Below the pieces are notes generated by a model that saw only the letters and a program-made list of their open reading frames with translations, was not told where the DNA came from and did not search any database. From contig CM082589.2 of assembly GCA_040954595.2 (NCBI GenBank), positions 6,631,186-6,695,185 of the forward strand: DNA of 64,000 bases, written 5' to 3'. Below, piece after piece: positions 55,110 to 64,000 of this stretch (position 1 is its first letter; every line of letters begins with the position of its first letter). Position numbers and translations under genes: made by a program. The DNA is from Balanoglossus misakiensis. Its lineage: Eukaryota; Animalia; Hemichordata.

Positions 55110-58100
55110 CTGTGAGCATGGAGTGTCTGTGTTGAGTTTTGTCATTTCTGGTGTGAGTGAGCAATGTTTGAAACATGTAATTTATACCAGTAGTGACACT
55201 CTTCTGTTAAGAACACTATCAAGAGCACACAAAAAAATTAACTTGCAGCAAGATTTTGGCTGAACTATCACTGCTCATGAAACTAACAAGAGTTCATTCC
55301 TTTATATACCAACTGGCAAATCCTTAGTCCAGAAAAACGGAAACAATGCTCAAAGAAATTCTGGACAAATTAATTCCGTCAGCCATACATGCTGTCATTC
55401 CAGGAAATTGCCATGTTCGTAGAATTAGTCATGCAAGCAAAATTGTTACAGAATGTATTTATTTGTGGCATGAACTAGACATAGCAGTTATCAAGGTGGA
55501 GAATTCATGTTGTGCATTCTATACAAAATATAAAGCTACATTTTGGTATGCACAAGTCAAATAACAAAATGTACGGATGAAGATTCGATGTACATACACT
55601 CGGAAAAACGCCAGTCAGGGACTCGGTTGAGAAAAAACAAAGTAATGTCAAGTTGGGGGCGCCCTCGTGCAGTGTCAGTTGTTGGATGCGCAAGTACACA
55701 TGTACCGTCATAATAAATGGGGGAAAAATCCCTATACTTTTCGTGACACAAAAATATTTGAATGTATGCTAAATGAAAGAAAAATTGCAGCCTGAAAACC
55801 AATATGATGGTAAAACCAAAATGCGGAACAATGTATGATTTCATGACTTCAATGAGAGAAAAAGCTCAAAACTACATTTTATTCGGGAAGAATCAATCTA
55901 GCTGGTATGAGAATATCGTTGAAGAATTTTCATCAGTTTCCCGTCATTTTCATAAAGGTTGAAGTGAAGGTGGTGTGTTGTAAGTGTGAGAAAGTTTCCT
56001 AGTAGAAAGTTTTCTGTACGATTTTGTCACTGGCGTTGTTCTTTTGTCTACGAGTCAGGCAACCGCTGTCTGGAAAGCGTAGGATTCAAACAAACAAATA
56101 TCCGCGGATTCAATTCGAGATTTATCTGCACTTTTCCGACAAAAATGGATCCGCTTGTTGTTTTTAGTGCTAAACTTGAATATAAGGTGTTTGATGGTCA
56201 AGATTTATAGCCATTTTATGTTCCCTTCTCGTCAGATACTATTACGAATATGAATTGGATTCTGACAGTAGCGCCCAACGTTGTAGCTATGGCGATTATT
56301 TGTTTGACTGTATAATTAATTGATCCCATAACCCCCTAGGCGGGTGCCTCATATGCAAATAGCCAGCTAAATCACAAATCGGTCGACCATGGAGCCGAAT
56401 AGGCCGTGATGGTGGTCGGCGCGTTATCAACTGACTGTCATGGTAAATTAATCAGAGAAATTATTGGCAGGGATTCATTATTACGCTGAAACTCTCGGAG
56501 GAGCTACTTCGGTGAGCCGATCGGTCGATGGGACAATATCAGCGCCGATAAAATTCGGCCAAGTGTTGCTCACTGGCTTGATCCCGGACACACGACGTGC
56601 GCGTCGTCGCTCTGACAGCTGTGTATATACAGTTGTACACAAATCTCGTATTTTGGACCGCGGTTACGATCGACCATTCGCAATGCCCGAGAAACGGTTG
56701 TCAGTCGGTGAGTCTAATATCACGCAGCTCGCTTATTTTTTTTCCTGTCACGGGTGCCAGTATTAATACAAAATCTTCACGTCGCGCCGTCTGAATACAA
56801 TGTGCAATGTACCAAGCGCTAACCTGAGCGCAGACAGACATTTATTTACCTTGCGGCGAACGAAAGCACAGTCAATCATTATGGTACTAGTGACCATGGC
56901 GAATTGTTTCTCGAGACTGAATTTCCTATTAAACAAAATTGTGTTTGGTTTCACATTGTTCATTGTGTTCAATTTCAGAACCACCTGCTGTATCGGTCGA
57001 GGACTTGGTGAGTATTCAAAAGCCTCGGTCTCTTTTTTCTTTTTCCACTTCTCCGCTCAGTCATTTTCTATTTGTCAATGCCTGTTTATTTTTTGTATTT
57101 ATTCATTGGTTTTTAAACCATTAGCAACATGTACTACAACAGAGAAAATGTTCTTGTAAAGATCCCTTTTCAAAAAGCCTACGACAGTCTACAAGAGACG
57201 GAGAGTCAATTAACCATATATTACCGCACAAACTGGACGTAAAAACTTATGTCCCTAATTCATCAGTTACTACTCAGTCCGTGTAATTTGTGTACCATTG
57301 GGAATAATAGTGATGGCGAAAATTGATCGGCAAACCTCATAAATTTTATAATATGGTTTGATGATGACCTCCCCGGCGACCTTAACGCCACGGTGCCGTT
57401 GTATGTAAATTACAGTGAGGTGTAAATTGATCATTTTCGCACATATCGAACCTGATAATGATATGGACAGTTACATTGAAATGAGAACGGGATTTCTAGT
57501 ATCAGGGGAAAATAGCAGAGCAGTGAATTACTTTTTGTTTAGAGGTTCAGATTTTGTTCTGACACATTCGCAAATGACCAGCGTTATCTTTTTTGTTGAC
57601 AGTTGTTTACGAATCAAATTTTTTTTTTTCTGGTTGTTCCGCAATATGTATGAGGTCATAAGTAAAGTGTACCCACTTTAAAAACTTAAAGGTTTAAAAA
57701 ATTTATCAAGATGGTCAAAATCATTTACTTTTTGTTAAAAAATCTAAATCTCTGTCATCATTTTAGCAAACTGGTAAAATCTGATTCTTCTCGTTCCAAG
57801 TGAATGATTAAAAGTTTTAATAAACATGTTCCAGTCTTGCATTGCTTTGTAAAGGGGGATTGATTCCCTCTGTCCCCTACTGCTTTGAATGTTTTGTCTC
57901 ATTATAAAATTCAACCAAATAAAAGGAGACTGGATAATATGACCTAGCAACCTACAGAATTGGAAAGATTGCGGATAAAATCTAATAATAGGTCGGATCA
58001 GACGTGGCACAGGTACATTTTTCTGTTGTCATCAATCCAAGCAGCGAGTGATCAGAAAAGTACAAACTTTTTATAGGAAGTATTTGACTTTTAGGAATGT

Positions 58101-61100
58101 GGACAACAGGTCTGTCAGTTAGAATAACAATTAAGGCCAATTTATTTACTTCAGGAAATCAGTTAATAAACGCATATGAACAGCCTGATGTTGAGGTAAA
58201 ATAGCAAAAAGGAGTTGATATGTTCAGAAAAGTACAAAGCTCTCAAATCTTACCTGGTGTTATTCTTTGCCAGGCTAGGGGTGCCTTGGAGGCTTTTTTT
58301 AAACTTTAAAAGAAACATGTTGTATATTTCAACAAACTACTTTGCAATGACATCAGATCAAATGAATTACATGTACTTGTTACCATGGTTACTGCTTTTA
58401 TTCTTAATGAGGATATTGGTTGAATGGTTTGCTGTCAGGTTTAAGGCAAAAAAATTATTAAATATTGAAGAATGAAAACTGCCTCTGTAAATAATGGATT
58501 AGGGTCGTGCAATGTTGAGTGTTAGAGGGAGAGTCAGTCAGTATAAACCTGGGAAACATTATCAGTTTTTTCTTGGTATAAATTCATTTTTCCTTGCATT
58601 TGATTGTTAGGTATTTCTTTGACCATGAAAAAGAGTCATAGATTTTCTGACTGCTGTTTCAAATAGATTCTTGTGCATATATTGATTTAGCCCCTCAATA
58701 ATTAACTGATGGTGTACCCCCCCCCCCCCAAATAATGTGGCGACCCGGTCAGTCGGTATTAAAGTGCTGGTTCCTCAGAAATGAAAATATAATGCAAACA
58801 TTGATCATAGTTAGACACAATGAATTGGTTTTAAATTATTCATAATGAATCCAGTAAGGTGTCACTGGTCGTTATATCTCAAAACTTCAGTGTTATAATC
58901 ATGTCAGCTGTCTTCTGGTTTAAATAACTTGATCAAGAGAGAATGGGGGAAAGGGGTGGGGGGGGGGTAACATAATGTGACATTGACTGCGACATTGACC
59001 CAATTTCTAGGACAACCATCAAGGGTGTCTAGTGATGAAAGTTTAAATCATACGCATCAATTGTTGAATAATGCATGATGTAGAAATTTGAGAGAGAAAA
59101 AGAGTTCCCTGAAATGATGATTAATTCATTTGACTTCAAAGCGTATTTTAACTCAAAGACTAAGTCGAATAAGGACATCAGTCATGCACGTCCAACAAAA
59201 AACCTGTTAATAGCTGTAAGCATTGAGAGCAAATATTAATCTTTGTCAAGATAAATGATGGTTGTAAATTTAAGAGCATCATAATGTCAGGGTTTAACAG
59301 AATCAGTTTATATTTCTCTGCGACAGCGGCCGGCTGGGCTGGAAAACACTTATAATTTCCAAATAAATAGACTTTATAATTATTGCAATTTATTATACCT
59401 ACATTGATTTTAATTTGGAATATATTATAATTGTCAGTGATGAGGTACTGCAAATTGCTATTCAATTTTTAAATTAATTAATAAGCAGGATCACATCCAT
59501 CATGTCGTTTTCTAATTTCTACAGAAATTGTGTCTTGTTTCATGTTAAAATGCTGCGATGTCATCTAAAAAATTCTGTTGACATTTTGAAATTACTATTG
59601 CTGAAGTACACATCAAATTGAAATTGAGCAGTTGAAAGTTGACATGTACTCACTTCAGTTTTTTTAATGAGATCCAATCCATATTTTTTCCAAAACCTCT
59701 TGAACCTCCATCACGCCTGTGATTTTTGGTACAACCCTATCAATCATTCTTTACTTTAAGTTGGTTTGAACTTCAAGATAGGGGAGGATTATTTGAAAGA
59801 AATCAGTAAATCAACAGGCAGCGCTCAAGCGCCGTTCTTGACCCGACTGTATCTTTGACCAAATGTACCGAGCACAATAGTATCCAAGTAATTTCCTTTC
59901 CATTCACGGAAGAACAATGCGAACCTTGACCTTTGGCACGAGCCGATACCCGCCGTATTTCTAACCATGGTATCTATTGTAGTTACCAACGCACCAACTG
60001 GTATTGTTTTGTGGGCTGATTTATACGATTGATTTCGCGTGATTTCTCACACAATAAAGGGGGGGATATGGCGGCACTTGGAATCCGATCAATTCTTCTT
60101 TTGAAGGAACCGCTATGTCGAAATGACGGCGTTGCCTCTGGCTTATACCCAAACAAAAAAAAGGGTGGCCGTGCATCAAGTCAAGCTTAGATTTATTAAA
60201 GTTCTGCTTTAATAAACTTCAGAAAACTGGAGGCAATCGTGATGTGTTACCATGATCTATTAAAGCAGTACTTTATCGGTGGAAATCTCCAGAAATTACG
60301 GTCTCTCATCTCATTTCTGCCAATATAAACTGAAACTTGCTCGATGACCAGTTGTTAAAACTAAACTCAAATCACACCCTGAAAGAACGGAATTTTAAAT
60401 AAAATGAATTGATCAAAACACATTAAATCCAGTTGGTTGCATTGAAAACAGACCGAACAGCCAACCTCTTGGTAGGCTGAACTTTGCAAATTACCACTAC
60501 CATTCTGTTGATGGTGGTGATAATTGCCACAGAAATTTGATATACTGACTCCATGGCTGTGCACATGACGTGTACTTAATTTTCATTCCACGCTAAGACC
60601 TCAGCTAGTACACCTGAACTTTGTTTCCATGGTGATGTGCACTGAGGAATAGGAATTTCCTTTGCAATGCAATACCTTAGTGTAATGAGGAAACTCAAAT
60701 CAAAGCACTCCTCTTCATGTCCATTGTGAATAGACTTTTTCTTTCTTTTCACTCTTATATATTCCAGCGTAGTAAATGATCACATTTGACACAGATTTTG
60801 CATACATGTAGGTAGGAAATACTAGTCATTTTCAGTCCAAAATGAACTTCCGTTTCGATAATATGATCCAGTTTGACATAGATAGGATATTTACGTCACT
60901 TTGAGTCTAAAATCATCTTGCATTTGACAGGGTTGTACTGCAAAAGTACAAATATTTGGAACAACAATTTTGACAGGAAGTGTTGTAATGCTTGCAGAAA
61001 GGGTTACACGTGTGCATACCCGGTACTGTATTAGCGCAGACAGAAACTTACAGTTTGTTGATTAATTATTTAAAGAATATTGTGACAGAATAGAGTATAG

Positions 61101-63118
61101 GATGTGCCATATGCGTTTGGAAAGGAAATTAATTTTGTGTTGTGCCTGTAAACTTTAATTACGAAGGCGATTTGTGCTCAAAATTACTGATACGGCATTT
61201 TAGTAGAAATCAGATGGTGGTTTGGTAGTATAATTTTGATTCGATTGGCCTTGAAAAAATATTTAGTTTCAATCTGCAACAGGTTGTTGACATTGGACAT
61301 CTCTCCTATGACATTAAATTGGCATTTGTTTCTCAAAGTGCTGTTGTCATGGGTTTTAGTATGACTGTATCGAACCATAGCAACTGAAAGCTTATATAGC
61401 CAGCTTCCAACTGTGGCTGTTGCTAAGGTTACAGGCCATTCCCCTGAGTCTGGTGCCAGAATTTCCATTACTGGGCACATTTGTGGAATACTAAAATATA
61501 TCCAGTGGCCACATCTGTTCAGTGTTCTAAAATTGAAAATTGAGGTTTCTCTCTGTATGTTGTTGGTGTGTTTCACATGCAATGGATCATTTTCCAATCT
61601 AGAGTCGTAATTGCAACTTCTTAAAATTCATGAGAGTTTTGTAAATTTATATTGTGGGGTTCACTGTCAGTGACATCAAGGAAGTTTATACATATTTTAT
61701 CGAAATTCATTGTTTTTCAGTCTATTTACATGACTGTTTATTACAGGAATCATCCTGTACATGTATTGATGTCATACGTCATTCGGCTATGTAATACGAC
61801 AAAATTATGCTGGTGCCCGTAATAATTACTCCAGAGTAAAATCCTAAAGAAAATTAAGGTTGTAGTTTTGCAGTGCAGCAAAAGCACTAATTATATTGCA
61901 AATCTGTCATCCTTGATAGCAGTACTACATCCACATCTATAATTTTCTTAATGACTTTCATTAAAACGTTGTCGTCATCAAAAACTGATTTTTACGTTTT
62001 ATAATGTTCCATTAGATGCGACGCCAGCGCTACATTAGGTCATTAGGTGGCTTTTTTGTCAACGAAGCTACGCTGCTTTCATAGAAATGAGAATTCTTGA
62101 CATCAACCCACAAGAGAACGCACACTGCATTACTGCACATCACGAGTCAAATTCAGAAGCCCACGTGAAGCAGTCACTCATGTCATGTCCTACTAATATC
62201 TTGGTAAATTAGTTGAAAGCACGGTCTGCAATCCGGTGCTTTTATCGTCACGGTGACCGACTCGCAGCTTTACATTTCATTTACCGGAAATCAGACTGCG
62301 GCGCAAAGTATAGCAATTTACATATCTCAAGAAACTACAGAAAATTCAAGAAGAACCATCAATATTCTTGGCATTTTGTAAAAAAGTGCATGTCGAGAAA
62401 ATCTGCAATAGGAAGGGTTAATTTAGTGGTAAAGTGTTGCATGGTTTCCATGGTAACTAACTGTAAATTCAATAGAGAAAATTGAAATTATAGATCTAGT
62501 TTATGTTGGGCTAAAAGAATTCTGATTGAGTTCAACCTCCTTGGCCAGGTCATAAACTCCACCCGCCTTTCCTCTTAGTTATTTTATTCTTCCGTGACAC
62601 AATGGTTTATAGAAATATTGAAGGAGGGTGAAAGCAGACATGTATTGTATGAAGTACTCCACCCTTGCCCAACGGAACATTATATTGTCAAATAAATGTA
62701 CTTTCCATGAGTTAATTTTTGATCATTTTGGCTGAAAAGTGATTTAATTTTACTACTTTCATGTAAACATATTCTTTGATTACTTTAAAATTAAATATTC
62801 CAATCTTTTATGTGAGGTTTTGTTGATCGGTTCCAAAACAAGAAAAGTGTAAGTGCAGATCAGATGACAGTAAACATCAAGTTTTGATGCAAATTGTATT
62901 AAACACCTAACACTCCTGTTTTCTTGTTTATGGGTTCAACTATACCTTTGAAAACAATGGGGTAGTGCAACATTGCAGTAGTCAAAAGGGATTAAAGTTA
63001 CTTACCATACTTGCCAGATTTTAGAACTCTGTTTACAAGCCCACGGGGCTAGCTGTGAAATTTCTTAGAGTGTTTTTACTTGAAAAGGCCTTTGCATAAT
63101 CAAGCCTTCGGGGATAAG

Positions 63119-64000
63119 CAGTGTTCACGCTAGGATTTTTTCTTTTCTAGCCACACTCCTGGTGTGTGGCTAATTTACTCAAGAAACTTTTAGCCACAGC
63201 CAAAATTTATTAGCCACACAAATCAAGTTGAATATTGAATATAACATGCTTGTTCTGAATAAAAAAGAAATGACACTAACATTTTAAAACTAACTTTATT
63301 TAATAACACATGACACTGAAATTCCCCATAGTTGAGGGAATTGTTTGCAAGATACAGCAACTACTAGTTCAGCTTCATGTCATTTACATGGATACAGTCA
63401 TTACTCTCAGTCATCAGAGTCTATCTCTGCTTCTTTACATGCCTGCTGCAGATTGCAAACACCCTTTGTGAACTCTGCAAGGTCTGATTCAAAACGATTA
63501 GCCATTGCTTTTTGTTCATTTTCAAGAAGTGAGCTCAGGTTTCTTCTCTCTTTTTGGTGGGTCCACATTTGGAATGATTTTTGAAAGTTAAACTCTGAAA
63601 TTGGTGGTCCCTCTATGTTAATTTTTATTAACCTACAAACAGATGATGTCCTCAACAAGTTTCTTGAGTTTGTTTTTACTAAGTTATACTGAGAGAATCC
63701 TCTTTCACAATCAACAGATGTGCATGGACTAGTCAGGTATATGACTATTAATTTACACAGATTAGGGTATACATCACTGTCAGTCACCAAGACATTTTTA
63801 TAGAAGTCTTCAAGACTCATATCTTTGTTGGAGGCCATCAGCTGTTTGATAATTCTCCACTCTAGTTTGGTAGAATCAGGATCAATAATTGGGCCATATT
63901 CTTTTGTATCTTTACCAAATTTGGTCACACCAAAGTGGTCAATAAGTCGTTGCAATTCATTTGTACCATAAGTTTGGAATTTCTCAGGGTCTGAAATAAT
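63119..64000 (-). mobile_element. hAT DNA transposon, 3' end
   Basis: Terminus CAGTGTTCACGCTAGG at 63119; subterminal TAGCCACA repeats 63148-63218; minus-strand polyA signal 63300-63295; transposase ORF. Confidence 0.75.
63407..64000 (-). CDS. hAT-family (ZNF862-like) transposase, C-terminal part
   Basis: Open to window edge; hAT dimerisation signature EW..K...YPNLCKL...PCTSVDCERGFS..NLVKT..RN.L. Confidence 0.88.
   Translation of the reverse strand: MISDPEKFQTYGTNELQRLIDHFGVTKFGKDTKEYGPIIDPDSTKLEWRIIKQLMASNKDMSLEDFYKNVLVTDSDVYPNLCKLIVIYLTSPCTSVDCERGFSQYNLVKTNSRNLLRTSSVCRLIKINIEGPPISEFNFQKSFQMWTHQKERRNLSSLLENEQKAMANRFESDLAEFTKGVCNLQQACKEAEIDSDD

Overview
AT-rich eukaryotic (invertebrate animal) genomic DNA with GT-AG introns; no prokaryotic features and no CRISPR array. 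Three spliced genes were rebuilt by hand, with reading phase checked at every junction. (1) ERICH3/C1orf173-like gene, minus strand, ATG at 21894, running off the left edge. (2) Complete STT3A (oligosaccharyltransferase catalytic subunit), minus strand, 28091-22813, 12 coding exons, 710 aa. (3) Complete SLC12A8 (CCC9), plus strand, 31900-51564, 10 coding exons, 686 aa, apparently head-to-head with STT3A. The 3' part of a hAT/ZNF862-like transposase and its terminus sit at the right edge, and introns carry many short MITE-like elements (TA, TTAA and 8-9 bp target duplications). The best hidden signal is a ~141-nt box H/ACA snoRNA in the last STT3A intron (23241-23381, minus) whose two pockets match conserved 18S rRNA sites (human-equivalent U815 and U917/918). 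ERICH3 also shows a candidate alternative His-rich first exon under an RFX X-box, a candidate short read-through isoform, and a cluster of six Staf/ZNF143-like motifs. All homology calls rest on recalled sequences; no searches were run.
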